Below are positions 11,026-21,502 of a DNA stretch of 64,000 nucleotides, in pieces. A program made the translations under genes and the position numbers. Every line of letters begins with the position of its first letter. Positions within the stretch are counted from its first letter, which is position 1. The stretch comes from Pontiella sp. (GTDB lineage Bacteria; Verrucomicrobiota; Kiritimatiellia; Kiritimatiellales; Pontiellaceae): contig JBNKHE010000006.1 of assembly GCA_050290185.1 (NCBI GenBank), positions 32,001 through 96,000 of the forward strand, given 5' to 3'. Below the pieces are notes generated by a model. That model ran no database searches, had not been told where the DNA came from, and was given only the letters and a program-made list of their open reading frames with translations.

Positions 11026-12699
11026 TCAGGCTGCCGCGGTTTGGCGGCGCACGAGTTCCGCGCCGACCTTGCGCCGGGCGGCCCGCTGGTCGAGTATGCC
11101 CAGCAACTTTCCGCTCTCCTCGCTTTCGATGACCGGCAAGGCTTCCACTTGCGTATCGTGCAGCTCGCGCAAGGCCTCGGCCAGATTCATATTGGCCAGC
11201 AGGCGATCGTGCAGCGGTTGCATTACATCGCCAACCACCAGCCACAGCCAGGTATCGCGGTCGATCAAAACCTCTTTGAGCATGTCGAACGTCAAGACCC
11301 CGACAATGGTACCTTCCCCGGTAACGACGGGATACACGAGAGTGTCCTGCTCGGCAAAGTGCTGCACCACTTCGGCCAGCGGCGTACCCTCTTGCAAGGG
11401 TACGATGCCGGTATCAACAACATCCGACACCTTCAGCTCGGCCATCACGTCTTCTTCGGTCACATTACGGCCAATTTCCCCCGCCTTCTTGATCGCCAGC
11501 TTGGCAAACGCGGGGCCGATCAGCTGGACGCACAGGGTGGTTGCCGTGACGGTGAAGATGATCATGTCGCCCAGGCTCATCCCCTCGACCACCTGGATAT
11601 GCTGGAGGTTCTGGCTGGCGACGATCGACAGACCAACCGCCACGCCGCCCTGCGCGAAAAGAGCCATACCCATATAATTCTGGACCGGCTTTTCGGCCTT
11701 GGAAATGCGGGCGCCCAGGTAGGACCCAACCCATTTACCGATACTGCGCATCAGCACATAGGCCACCACCAGTCCCCAGAGCCAAGGCGGCATGTTGCCC
11801 AGCGAAAGACGCGCGCCAACGAGCACGAAGAAAATAATGTAGATCGGCGTCGAAAAAGACCGGATGACCTCGAACAACTGCTTACTGCGCTTGGGCGCCA
11901 GATTGATCAACACAATGCCGACCGACATCGTAGCCAGAATGACATCCATGCCGAAAGCCACCGCCAAACCGATGCACAGCAGGATGATGCCAATCGAAAT
12001 CCCCAGTCGTTTTTCTGTCTGGGGCATATAGTGCATCATGGCGTTAAGCACAAAGCCGGATGCGACCCCCAGAACGATGGCGCCACCGAGTTCGATCAAG
12101 GTGTGAAGCATGGTTAGCCCAACCGATTCGCCGCCACTGTTCGCCAGAATCGAGGCGATGCTGGTGCCCAGTCCGTAGAGCGTCATGGCCAGGGCGTCGT
12201 CGAGCGCCACGATGGCAACGATGGCGGTGGTCAGCACCCCAGCGGAGCGGTATTCCCAGAGCACGTCGATCGTCGAGGCCGGGTCCGTGGCCGAGGCAAT
12301 CGCCCCGAAAACGATGCCGGCCGCAATCGCCATGATCCAGTCGTGACCGACAAAATAGACGATCACCGTCGATGCAATCCCCACCAGAAAGAACGCCGCC
12401 AGCCCCTCGCCCAGCAGAATGGCCGTGAACTGCTTGCCGTATTTTTTGAAGATGCTTCCACTCAGCTCGCCGCCCACCAGAAAGCCGATCAGCCCCAGCG
12501 CAAAGTTGTTGAAGGGCCGCAGCGCTGCGATGTCTCCGGGATGCAGCAAGCCCAGTCCGGTATCGCCAATCAGTACGCCGACGACAATGTAGCCGACAAC
12601 CTGTGGAATGTTCAGGCGCTGGAAGATCCATGCGCCAACCACTCCACCGGCCACGCAAATGCCCAGCACCGCTAAAACGCCAAGGTGGAAATCAGGCAT
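11026..12699 (-). CDS. Cation:proton antiporter (CPA family) with C-terminal CBS pair
   Basis: IPQVVGYIVVGVLIG, ASATDPAST, VALDDA, QGGVAVGL; C-terminal YPVVTGEGTIVGVL and LPVIESEESGKLLGIL CBS motifs. Confidence 0.92.
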   Translation of the reverse strand: MPDFHLGVLAVLGICVAGGVVGAWIFQRLNIPQVVGYIVVGVLIGDTGLGLLHPGDIAALRPFNNFALGLIGFLVGGELSGSIFKKYGKQFTAILLGEGLAAFFLVGIASTVIVYFVGHDWIMAIAAGIVFGAIASATDPASTIDVLWEYRSAGVLTTAIVAIVALDDALAMTLYGLGTSIASILANSGGESVGLTMLHTLIELGGAIVLGVASGFVLNAMMHYMPQTEKRLGISIGIILLCIGLAVAFGMDVILATMSVGIVLINLAPKRSKQLFEVIRSFSTPIYIIFFVLVGARLSLGNMPPWLWGLVVAYVLMRSIGKWVGSYLGARISKAEKPVQNYMGMALFAQGGVAVGLSIVASQNLQHIQVVEGMSLGDMIIFTVTATTLCVQLIGPAFAKLAIKKAGEIGRNVTEEDVMAELKVSDVVDTGIVPLQEGTPLAEVVQHFAEQDTLVYPVVTGEGTIVGVLTFDMLKEVLIDRDTWLWLVVGDVMQPLHDRLLANMNLAEALRELHDTQVEALPVIESEESGKLLGILDQRAARRKVGAELVRRQTAAA

Positions 12700-12703
12700 C
12701 GCT

Positions 12704-13354
12704 TTACCCCTCTGCCATTAGTTGTGAATAGATGAAGGCGGGATCGTCGGAAGCAATGATCTTCTCGCGAGTGGCGCCATCCTTCAGACGACTGCTCACC
12801 GCCGAGAGTGTCCGGATATACTTGGTGTGCTGGTCTTGGCGGGCTGCCAGCATACAGACAATCTGCACCGGTTGGTTGTCGAGCGAGGAATAGCCGGAAA
12901 TGGGTCGCTTGCTGACCGCCACCGCCATGACCAGATCAGACACGGAATCGATGCGCACATGCGGCACGCCAATGCCAAAGCCAATGCCGGTGCTCATCAG
13001 TTCTTCTCGGGCAAAAATGCCGTTAAGCAGCTCGTCCCGGTTGTGCACCAACGATGAGGTTGCCAATAGATCAACCAGTTTCGTCAACACAGTCTTCTTG
13101 TCCACCTCTTCGAGAATGGAAATTCGTTCCGGGGTCAACAGGGAGGATCCGCCCTTACCAGTCGAAGCAATCGCAGGAGCCGACTTGCTGGAAAGCCGTG
13201 TGTTGACCCAGTTTTCCACATCCTCGCGCTTGAAGCGCCAAGTCGTACCCAGCTTACCACCGGGCAGGTCACCCTTTTGCGCCCAGTCATACACCGTTCG
13301 CTCAGAAACCCGCAAATATGCGGCCACTTCCTCAATTGTCATGATTTCGTGCAT
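12704..13354 (-). CDS. Excisionase-type HTH (HTH_17) + PTS EIIA fusion protein
   Basis: MTIEEVAAYLRVSERTVYDWAQKGDLPGGKLGTTWRF HTH; REELMSTGIGFGIGVPHVR EIIA; start set at ATG 13354 with GGAGGG RBS. Confidence 0.92.
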   Translation of the reverse strand: MHEIMTIEEVAAYLRVSERTVYDWAQKGDLPGGKLGTTWRFKREDVENWVNTRLSSKSAPAIASTGKGGSSLLTPERISILEEVDKKTVLTKLVDLLATSSLVHNRDELLNGIFAREELMSTGIGFGIGVPHVRIDSVSDLVMAVAVSKRPISGYSSLDNQPVQIVCMLAARQDQHTKYIRTLSAVSSRLKDGATREKIIASDDPAFIYSQLMAEG

Positions 13355-13506
13355 ATACGCATCCCTCCGTGAATATTCGCGGGAAATTACATCATACCGC
13401 ACTGTATGCAACATAAATGTTGGGTTTGTTTCGAACTGCACTTTATCCTGTTCATTGTCCTCGCTGGATTTTATCTTGCCCTTTTAACCGTTGAGGGTCG
13501 ATTTCC

Positions 13507-16500
13507 GTGAGTAAAGTGCCGTTTTGCCATCTTCATTTCCATACCTGCTACAGCCTGCTGGACAGTGCTGTGAAGATTAAGGATGCCGTCAAGGCGGCCA
13601 AGGACATGGGGATGGATTATCTGGCAATGACCGACCATGGCGTGCTGTATGGCGCGGTCGAATTCTATAAAACCGCCCGGAATGCCGGCATCAAACCGAT
13701 CATCGGCTGCGAGGTCTACGTGGCGCGCCACGGAATCGAGGAGCGAAGCTCCCAGCGCAACAACCTGCACCTCGTCCTGCTGGCCGAAACGCAGGAAGGC
13801 TACGAGAATCTCGTCAAGCTCGTATCCCATGCCCACCTCGAAGGCGTATACTACAAACCACGCATTGACAAGGAATTGATACGAAAACACAGCAAAGGAC
13901 TCATCGGCCTCTCCGCCTGCCTGCGCGGCGAGGTGAATGAGGCCTGTATGAATGGCGATATCGACAGGGCCGAGGAGCTGGCCCGGGAATATTCCGACAT
14001 TCTGGGTGAGAACAACTTTTTCCTCGAACTGCAGGACCATGGAATTGCCGATGAAAAAACGGCCCGGAAGAACATGCTGGAGGTGGCCAGACGCACCGGC
14101 TTGCCGCTGGTGGCAACCAACGATGTCCACTATGTAAGGAAAGAACACTCGGAAGCACACGATGTGCTGATCTGCCTGCAGCGCGGCGACCTCGTCGCCG
14201 ATCCAAACCGCCACCGCTACGAAGCCGGGCAGTTCTATATGAAAAGCGGCGAAGAGATGGCCGCCCTCTTCCCCGATCAGCCCGAAGCCATTGCCAACAC
14301 CATCGAAATCGCCAAACGCTGCAACGTGGAATTCTTCTTCCCCGAAAAAGCAGAGGACCTCCACTTTCCAAAATTCCCGTTGCCGGATGGCTTTAAGCAC
14401 GACAAAGACTACCTCATCCACCTTGGTAAAACGGGCCTGAAAAAGCTCTATGATATCGAAGACCTCGACCATCCGAAGGACCAGCGCGAGCAGGAAATCA
14501 AGGAACGCTTCGACTACGAAGTCGGCGTCATCGAGAAAACCAACTACATCAACTATTTCCTCGTGGTGGCCGACTTCATCCAGTACGCCCGGCGCGACGG
14601 CGTTCCAGTGGGCCCCGGCCGCGGTTCGGGTGCCGGCTCGCTACTGGCCTACTCGCTGGAAATCACTACGGTCGACCCGCTCAAGTACAGCCTGATCTTC
14701 GAACGCTTCCTCAACCCCGAACGCGTCTCGCCGCCCGACTTCGATATCGACTTCTGTCCGACCCGGCGGCAGGACGTGATCAAATATGTACGCGACAAGT
14801 ATGGCGAGGACTGCGTGGCGCAGATCATCACCTTTGGAACGCTCGGCGCCAAAACGCTGATGCGCGATCTGGGCCGCGTGCTCGAGATTCCACTGCCCTA
14901 CTGCGACCGGCTCGCCAAGATGATTCCCGAAACCCCCGGAACCACCCTTGAGAAGGCGCTGGCCGAAAGCCCTGATTTCAAAAAAGCCACGGAAACCGAG
15001 GAGGATGCGCGGCGCATCATGAAGTATGCCCGCGTGCTCGAAGGGTTGCCGCGCCATACCGGTATGCACGCCGCCGGGGTCGTGATTGGTGAAAAACCGC
15101 TGATTGAGATCATCCCGCTGACGCGCGAGCCCAAGGAAAAGCTCATCGTTGTGCAGTTCGAAAAGGGGCCGACCGAAGAGATCGGCTTGCTTAAAATGGA
15201 CTTCCTCGGGCTGAAAAACCTGACGACGATTTACGAAGCCTGCGCGCTGATCAAGCGCAACCACAACATTGCACTCGATCCGGAAAAGCTGCCGATCGAC
15301 GATACGAAAGCCTTCGAACTGCTGGCGCGCGGTGATACGGTCGGCGTGTTTCAGCTGGAATCCGGCGGCATGCGCGACACACTCCGGCAGGTGGCTCCCG
15401 ACTGCATTGAGGACATTATCGCTATTCTGGCGCTCTATCGCCCCGGCCCGATGCAGTTCATTCCCACCTTTACCAAGCGCAAGCATGGGCTGGAAAAGGT
15501 CGAGTACGACCACCCCCTGCTCGAAGAGATCCTGAAAGAGACCAACGGCATCATCGTCTATCAGGAACAGATCCAGCAAGCCGCACAGAAGCTCGCCGGC
15601 TTTTCGTTGGGGCAAGGGGATATCCTGCGGCGCGCCATGGGCAAGAAAAAGCCGGAGGTCATGGCCGAACAGCGCGGCAAGTTCGTCGAGGGCTGTAAAA
15701 CAACCAACAACATCGACGCCAAGCTCGCCGGCATCATTTTCGACAACATCGAGAAGTTTGCGCAATACGGCTTCAACAAGTCGCACTCGACGGCCTACGG
15801 TTTCGTCACCTACCAAACTGCCTGGCTGAAGGCGCACTATCCCGCCGAATTCATGGCCTCCCTGCTGTCGGGAGAAATGGGCAATTCCGATAAGCTGACC
15901 GGATTCATCGGCGAAGCCAAGGAGATGGGCATCGACGTCATGCCGCCCTGCGTCAACGAATCCATCGCTCGCTTCAATGCCGTCCCCGACGGAAGCGGAA
16001 TCCGTTTTGGCATGGCTGCCGTCAAGGGTGTTGGAGAAGGCGTTGTGGCGGACATCGTGGAGGAACGCGATGAAAACGGCCCCTACTCAGGCCTGATGGA
16101 TTTTTGCTCCCGTGTGCCGGGAGCCAGCAAGAAAGTGCTCGAAAGCCTGATCCGGTGCGGAGCATTCGACTTCACCGGCATCCACCGCGCACGGCTGTTC
16201 AACGGAATTGATACGGCCATCGGCCGTGCGGCCGAAGCGCTGAAAGACAAGCGGTCCGGCCAATGCTCCATGTTTGATATGATGGGTGGAGACGAAGACA
16301 GCCCTGCGGATTCCGACGAGGAGCTGGACGATGTAAAACCGTGGTCCGAGTCCGAAATGCTGGCGGCGGAGAAAGAGTTGATCGGTTTTTTCATCTCGGG
16401 ACACCCGCTGGCGCGCCATGAGTGGGCGCTCGATCGGTTTGCCCTTACACGGATTAAAGATATCCAGAAGCTCCCGGCAGGCGCCCGTACCCGCGTTGGC

Positions 16501-17049
16501 GGCATGGTGACCGAAATGCGTAAACTCTTTACCAAGAAGGATCAAAAACCGATGGCCACCTTCCGCATCGAAGGCTTGGAAGGCTCGATCAATGCCATCA
16601 TCTTTCCCAATCCATTCGAGCAATACGGCCTCCTTATCGAAGAGGATGCCACCCTGATGTTCGGGGGCATTATGATGGAAGAAGATAGCGGTGATCTTAA
16701 GTTTCAGGTGATGGAAATCTTCCCGTTGGAACAGGCCTCCTCATTGTTTTGTGATCGCGTCAGCATCCACCTGCCCGAAATGGGGGTGAACGAGCACGTG
16801 ATGGAAACGTTGCGCGATGTGGCAACGGAATTCCGCGGCAGCATCCCATTGCACCTGTGCATCGAATTTGTCGATGGCCCGAAGGTATTCATCAATGCCG
16901 ACCACGCCTTCAAGGTGCGTCCATGCCCGGAACTGGAACACAAAATCGAACAAACCATCGGCGAAGATCTCGTCTACATCGCCGCCAAGTCGGATCCGTT
17001 GCGCAATCCGCCGCCAGAGCGGAAATGGCAGAATAGAAATCGGCAATAG
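13507..17049 (+). CDS. dnaE: DNA polymerase III alpha subunit
   Basis: [45 protein letters not shown] fold. Confidence 0.99.
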   Translation: MSKVPFCHLHFHTCYSLLDSAVKIKDAVKAAKDMGMDYLAMTDHGVLYGAVEFYKTARNAGIKPIIGCEVYVARHGIEERSSQRNNLHLVLLAETQEGYENLVKLVSHAHLEGVYYKPRIDKELIRKHSKGLIGLSACLRGEVNEACMNGDIDRAEELAREYSDILGENNFFLELQDHGIADEKTARKNMLEVARRTGLPLVATNDVHYVRKEHSEAHDVLICLQRGDLVADPNRHRYEAGQFYMKSGEEMAALFPDQPEAIANTIEIAKRCNVEFFFPEKAEDLHFPKFPLPDGFKHDKDYLIHLGKTGLKKLYDIEDLDHPKDQREQEIKERFDYEVGVIEKTNYINYFLVVADFIQYARRDGVPVGPGRGSGAGSLLAYSLEITTVDPLKYSLIFERFLNPERVSPPDFDIDFCPTRRQDVIKYVRDKYGEDCVAQIITFGTLGAKTLMRDLGRVLEIPLPYCDRLAKMIPETPGTTLEKALAESPDFKKATETEEDARRIMKYARVLEGLPRHTGMHAAGVVIGEKPLIEIIPLTREPKEKLIVVQFEKGPTEEIGLLKMDFLGLKNLTTIYEACALIKRNHNIALDPEKLPIDDTKAFELLARGDTVGVFQLESGGMRDTLRQVAPDCIEDIIAILALYRPGPMQFIPTFTKRKHGLEKVEYDHPLLEEILKETNGIIVYQEQIQQAAQKLAGFSLGQGDILRRAMGKKKPEVMAEQRGKFVEGCKTTNNIDAKLAGIIFDNIEKFAQYGFNKSHSTAYGFVTYQTAWLKAHYPAEFMASLLSGEMGNSDKLTGFIGEAKEMGIDVMPPCVNESIARFNAVPDGSGIRFGMAAVKGVGEGVVADIVEERDENGPYSGLMDFCSRVPGASKKVLESLIRCGAFDFTGIHRARLFNGIDTAIGRAAEALKDKRSGQCSMFDMMGGDEDSPADSDEELDDVKPWSESEMLAAEKELIGFFISGHPLARHEWALDRFALTRIKDIQKLPAGARTRVGGMVTEMRKLFTKKDQKPMATFRIEGLEGSINAIIFPNPFEQYGLLIEEDATLMFGGIMMEEDSGDLKFQVMEIFPLEQASSLFCDRVSIHLPEMGVNEHVMETLRDVATEFRGSIPLHLCIEFVDGPKVFINADHAFKVRPCPELEHKIEQTIGEDLVYIAAKSDPLRNPPPERKWQNRNRQ

Positions 17050-17062
17050 GCCATACGACTCC

Positions 17063-17959
17063 ATGAAATACCAATCCAAACATGTCCTTGAATACAGCCT
17101 GCTCGTTCTAATGAGCGGCTTAATCCGCATCCTTCCGTTACGCGTCGCGCTGGCGCTGGCATGGCTTGCTGCCGCAGCAAGCCATTTTATCGGACGGGTT
17201 CATGTGGAGCGCACCCGTCAACGCGTGCGACAGGTGCTTGGCCCGGGCGCCTCCGAAAGGCGGATCCGTCATATTGCCTGGATAGCCTGGAGGAACCTGT
17301 TCTTCAACGCGATCGATGGCTTCCGCTTCACCAGGCTGACACCGGAAAAGATCCGCAAAATGCCGCTGGCCCATGTTGAATCCGATCTGAAACAAATTCA
17401 AAACGAATGCGAAAACGGATTCATTCTGGCGACGCCGCACATGGGCAACTGGGAAATCGCGGGGATTGCGGGCGATCTGCTCGACTTCCCGCTTTTTGTC
17501 ATTGTCCGGAAACAGAAAAACCCGCTGATCAACAACTACATCAACAAGATGCGCCGTTCGTTCACTCTTGAAGTGCTGCACCGGGAAAGCAAGATATGGA
17601 AGGGCGTCGCCGACCGGATCAAGCAAGGAAAGATTTTGGCGATCCTGCCGGATATCGGCGTCCGTGCGCGGGGTATAAACGTGGACTATCTCAACGGCAA
17701 AGCAACGATTGCACCCGGAACAGCCCACTTCGCCCAGCTTGCCAACTGCCCCATCTATCCCATCTTTGTCCGGCGCATAGGCTGGACGCAGCACGACGTT
17801 GTACTGCTTGATCCGATCATGCCGGATCCATCGGCCGACCGCGACGAGGACCAGCACCGGATCATGCAGGAAATCATGACCGCGTTCACCTCGGAAATCC
17901 TGAAGACGCCGGAGCAGTATTTCTGGCATAACAAACGCTGGGTACTTGATGCAAATTAG
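17063..17959 (+). CDS. Lipid A late acyltransferase (LpxL/HtrB family)
   Basis: TPHMGNWE motif and C-terminal PEQYFWHNKRW; start moved to ATG 17063 after the dnaE stop. Confidence 0.88.
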   Translation: MKYQSKHVLEYSLLVLMSGLIRILPLRVALALAWLAAAASHFIGRVHVERTRQRVRQVLGPGASERRIRHIAWIAWRNLFFNAIDGFRFTRLTPEKIRKMPLAHVESDLKQIQNECENGFILATPHMGNWEIAGIAGDLLDFPLFVIVRKQKNPLINNYINKMRRSFTLEVLHRESKIWKGVADRIKQGKILAILPDIGVRARGINVDYLNGKATIAPGTAHFAQLANCPIYPIFVRRIGWTQHDVVLLDPIMPDPSADRDEDQHRIMQEIMTAFTSEILKTPEQYFWHNKRWVLDAN

Positions 17960-17974
17960 GAAAGGAGCACTGCC

Positions 17975-18295
17975 ATGTTCATTGTCCATGTTTTCATTCA
18001 CGTGAAACCTGAATGCGTTGCCGACTTCAAGACGGCCACTCTCTCAAACGTGCAAAACTCCATACAGGAAAAAGGCATTGCCCGGTTCGATTTTATCGAA
18101 CAGCTGGATGACCCAAACCGCTTTGTGCTGGTGGAGGTCTACCGCCACCCCGACGCGGCAGCCCGACATAAGGAAACAGCACATTATATGGTGTGGAGGG
18201 ATACCGTGGAACACATGATGAAGGAACCACGCTCCAGCATAAAGTTCACGAATATTGCGCCGGAGGATCGCGGCTGGGATTCTGCAAACGCATAG
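17975..18295 (+). CDS. ABM monooxygenase / LsrG-like protein
   Basis: RFVLVEVY...[18 protein letters not shown] pattern; AAGGAG RBS. Confidence 0.85.
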   Translation: MFIVHVFIHVKPECVADFKTATLSNVQNSIQEKGIARFDFIEQLDDPNRFVLVEVYRHPDAAARHKETAHYMVWRDTVEHMMKEPRSSIKFTNIAPEDRGWDSANA

Positions 18296-18355
18296 TAACT
18301 GGCGGATAGCCAGCTTGTTGTGCAATTTAGGCATGTTAATTGCTATTCTCTGATC

Positions 18356-19198
18356 ATGATGATTAGGAAATACAATATGTTGAGTGTACCGTTTTTTGCG
18401 TTTTTCTCAAAAAAGGCCTATCGGGAGGTCGGAAAAAACTGGCGGGGCGTAAATCTGGGATATCTATTCCTCCTGCTGGCCGTTTGCTGCCTGCCCCCGG
18501 CACTCATCTGGCGCAACCACCTCATCCAATCACTGGAAAGTAATCAGACCCATCTACTCAACCAGCTTCCGGATATCCAGATTTCCAATGGTCAGGTGAT
18601 CGTTGATCAACACCAACCCTATTACATTACACGGAAAGACGGGACACCAGCCGTCATCATTGATACCACCGGAAGCATGAACTACATCGCCGACCCGCAT
18701 GTAGTAGCCCTGCTTATGGAATCGTCGCTGATCGTTCGAAGCGGTAAAAACACCTTCAACACCATTGACCTCTCCGGCGTAACCGATTTCCATCTCACTA
18801 AAAATATTGCCGCCGGCTGGATCCAGATGACTCACGATGCGCTGGTCCCTCTCTCCTATGGCCTGCTACTTCTGCTTTCGTACATTTTTGCGGTGATCGT
18901 GATGGTTCTGGCAGCTGTGTTCGGCCTGATTCTGGCCAAGGTGATGCATGGCACCATGCGTTTTACCAGTGCCTTGCGGATTGCCACGGTTGCGGCGACG
19001 CCATCGATTATCTTTATAACCATTTCGGCCGCGCTGGGTGTTGGCATTTCCCTAGGGATCCACCTAGCGGTTACGTTGATTTATTTGGTGGCAGGAATCA
19101 AGGTATGCGCCCAGCCCCTTGACTCAACCGACGAAGCGCACGTTGACCTGACGGCCTGCCTGCATGAAGAAGCGGTCGAAACCCGGCATGCTGCGTAA
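18356..19198 (+). CDS. DUF1189-like membrane protein (start uncertain)
   Basis: N-terminal YLFLLL TM, LPDIQISNG soluble domain, three C-terminal TMs with ATP motif. Confidence 0.65.
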   Translation: MMIRKYNMLSVPFFAFFSKKAYREVGKNWRGVNLGYLFLLLAVCCLPPALIWRNHLIQSLESNQTHLLNQLPDIQISNGQVIVDQHQPYYITRKDGTPAVIIDTTGSMNYIADPHVVALLMESSLIVRSGKNTFNTIDLSGVTDFHLTKNIAAGWIQMTHDALVPLSYGLLLLLSYIFAVIVMVLAAVFGLILAKVMHGTMRFTSALRIATVAATPSIIFITISAALGVGISLGIHLAVTLIYLVAGIKVCAQPLDSTDEAHVDLTACLHEEAVETRHAA

Positions 19199-19243
19199 GC
19201 GGATTATTTGTGATCCCGTTTCCCTAACGGAGAGGGATAGCGG

Positions 19244-20518
19244 TTACGCTTGTTTTTCCAGACGCTTCAACCCGCCCATATAAGGCCATATCGCTTCGGG
19301 CAGATCGATCGACCCGTCGGCGTGCTGGTTGTTTTCCATGATGGCGATCACCAGCCGCGGCAATGCGACACCTGAACCATTGATGGTATGCACGAAACCG
19401 GGTTTCCCCTCTTCATTGCGGTAGCGGATATTGGCCCGGCGCGCCTGGTAATCCTTAAAGTTGGAGCAGGAAGAAACCTCCAGCCACTTATCCTGCGCCG
19501 GCGCCCAAAGCTCGATATCGTAGCATTTCGCCGCACTGAAGCCCAGATCCCCGGTACACAGCTCGATCACACGATAATGAAGGCCCAGCTTCTGCAGCAC
19601 TTTTTCAGCATCCAACGTCAGCTTTTCATGTTCTTCCTCCGACGTTTCGGGTGTGGTGAATTTCACCATTTCCACTTTGTCGAACTGATGAACGCGCAGC
19701 AGGCCGCGGGTATCCTTGCCGGCGGACCCGGCTTCGCGCCTAAAGCAGGGCGTATAGGCCGTGTGGCAGATCGGAAGCTCCTGGTCGAGGATTTCGTTGC
19801 CATACATGTTGGTCACCGGCACTTCCGCCGTAGGGATCGGATAGAGCTCATCCAACGTGACATTATACATATCTTCCGCAAACTTGGGCAGCTGGCCGGT
19901 GCCGGTCATGGCGGTGGCATTGCACATGAACGGCGGGGCGATTTCGGTATAGCCGTTTTCCTCAGTGTGCAGATCCAGCATAAACTGGATCAGCGCCCGC
20001 TCCAGTTTCGCGCCGCGCCCCGTGAAGAGCGGGAAGCCGGAACCGGAAATCTTTGCGCCACGGGCCAAATCGAACAGGCCAAGCTCCTCGCCAAGCTCCC
20101 AATGGGGAACAGGTTCGAAATCGAACGTCTTTTTTTCGCCCCATGAGCGTACAACCGGGTTGGCGGTTTCGTCCTTTCCAACCGGAGTCGTGTCCGAAGG
20201 CATGTTGGGAATATATAGCAGGGCTTCGCGCATTTGGGCATCGATACCGCGCAGCTCTTCGTCGTAGGAAGAGATCTTATCGCCCATTTCACGCACCTGC
20301 GCCTTGATTTCTTCAGGATCTTTTCCCTCTTTGATCATTTGGCCGATGCTCTTGGAAATGCGGTTCCGCTCTGCCTTCAGTTCCTCGGCGTCGGAGACGA
20401 GCGCACGGCGCCGGCTATCGAGCGCCAGTACGGCATCGATGTCGACTTCGGCATTCCGGTTGGCCATGGCGACCGTCACGGCATCGGTATTTTCACGAAT
20501 AAAACGGATATCCAGCAT
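19244..20518 (-). CDS. serS: Seryl-tRNA synthetase
   Basis: MLDIRFIREN, GTGQLPKF, PTAEVP, FRREAGS, RVHQFDKVE, NGSGVA. Confidence 0.99.
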   Translation of the reverse strand: MLDIRFIRENTDAVTVAMANRNAEVDIDAVLALDSRRRALVSDAEELKAERNRISKSIGQMIKEGKDPEEIKAQVREMGDKISSYDEELRGIDAQMREALLYIPNMPSDTTPVGKDETANPVVRSWGEKKTFDFEPVPHWELGEELGLFDLARGAKISGSGFPLFTGRGAKLERALIQFMLDLHTEENGYTEIAPPFMCNATAMTGTGQLPKFAEDMYNVTLDELYPIPTAEVPVTNMYGNEILDQELPICHTAYTPCFRREAGSAGKDTRGLLRVHQFDKVEMVKFTTPETSEEEHEKLTLDAEKVLQKLGLHYRVIELCTGDLGFSAAKCYDIELWAPAQDKWLEVSSCSNFKDYQARRANIRYRNEEGKPGFVHTINGSGVALPRLVIAIMENNQHADGSIDLPEAIWPYMGGLKRLEKQA

Positions 20519-20824
20519 AACTCGCCCCTTTGGGAGCGGCCAAGCCGCTCCGGTTCTTGGTTGTTTGTTGTTGGTTGATGCAGATGCCCGAATAACGATC
20601 TCTCATCAACTTATCAACTGAATCAGCACAGCAGATCAAAAAACGGTTCGTATTATTCGCCGAACCCAGGGCTTTTTGGAAGCGGGAATTCGTATTTTCA
20701 GCCAAAAATCCCTTTCCGGGAAGCGGACAAACGGCTCGCTCCGATTTTCCTGCCAATGAACTATGCGCTTTTATTTTCAAAAGAGCTTTCGTAAGATTTA
20801 TTTGAATCGAATGAGGGAAGCCCC

Positions 20825-21430
20825 ATGAATGTTTCTGCCGCCATCCAAAGCCGCCGTTCCGCCAAACACTTTGACGCTGACCATAAAATGAGCAAGAAGG
20901 AGATCGAGAAGCTTCTCTCGCTCGGAATAAAATCGCCGACGGCATTCAATATCCAGAACTGGCGTTTCGTTGTCGTGCAGGATCCGGTACTGCGTAAAAA
21001 GATCCGGGCCGCCTCGTGGGATCAACCGCAGGTCACCGACGCCTCGCTGCTAATCATTCTTTGCGCCGATCTTAAGGCATGGGAAAAGGAACCGGTCCGC
21101 TATTGGCGGTCTGCGCCCGAACCGGTGCGCGAATTCATCATTCCGGCCATACGCAACTATTATGAAGGGCTTGATCAGGTTCAGCGCGATGAAGCCATGC
21201 GCTCCTGCGGCATCGCAGCCCAAACCCTGATGCTCGCCGCCAAATCCATGGGCTACGACTCCTGCCCCATGGATGGGTTCGACTTTGATACCGTCGCCGA
21301 TCTGATCCATCTTCCGGACGATCACGCCATCTGCCTTTTCGTCGCCATTGGCAAATCCATCGACGAGCCATCTCCTGACACCAAGGACACGCTTCCCTTT
21401 GACGAGGTGGTCATCAACGACACCTTTTGA
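20825..21430 (+). CDS. Nitroreductase family protein
   Basis: RRSAKHF, SPTAFNIQNWRF, GYDSCPMDGFD. Confidence 0.93.
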   Translation: MNVSAAIQSRRSAKHFDADHKMSKKEIEKLLSLGIKSPTAFNIQNWRFVVVQDPVLRKKIRAASWDQPQVTDASLLIILCADLKAWEKEPVRYWRSAPEPVREFIIPAIRNYYEGLDQVQRDEAMRSCGIAAQTLMLAAKSMGYDSCPMDGFDFDTVADLIHLPDDHAICLFVAIGKSIDEPSPDTKDTLPFDEVVINDTF

Positions 21431-21502
21431 TAGCGAACGACTACCGACAAACCAGCATTCTTCCATCGGCATTCTGTAGTAGATTCTGCTACATTCCGGT
21501 GT

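Noticed and set aside
12704..13354. Excisionase-like HTH as a sign of a prophage or ICE
   Set aside because: It is fused to EIIA inside a transport operon, and there is no integrase or att context
17975..18295. AI-2 quorum-sensing (lsr) locus
   Set aside because: Only an LsrG/ABM-like gene is present; no lsrK, lsrF or lsrABCD
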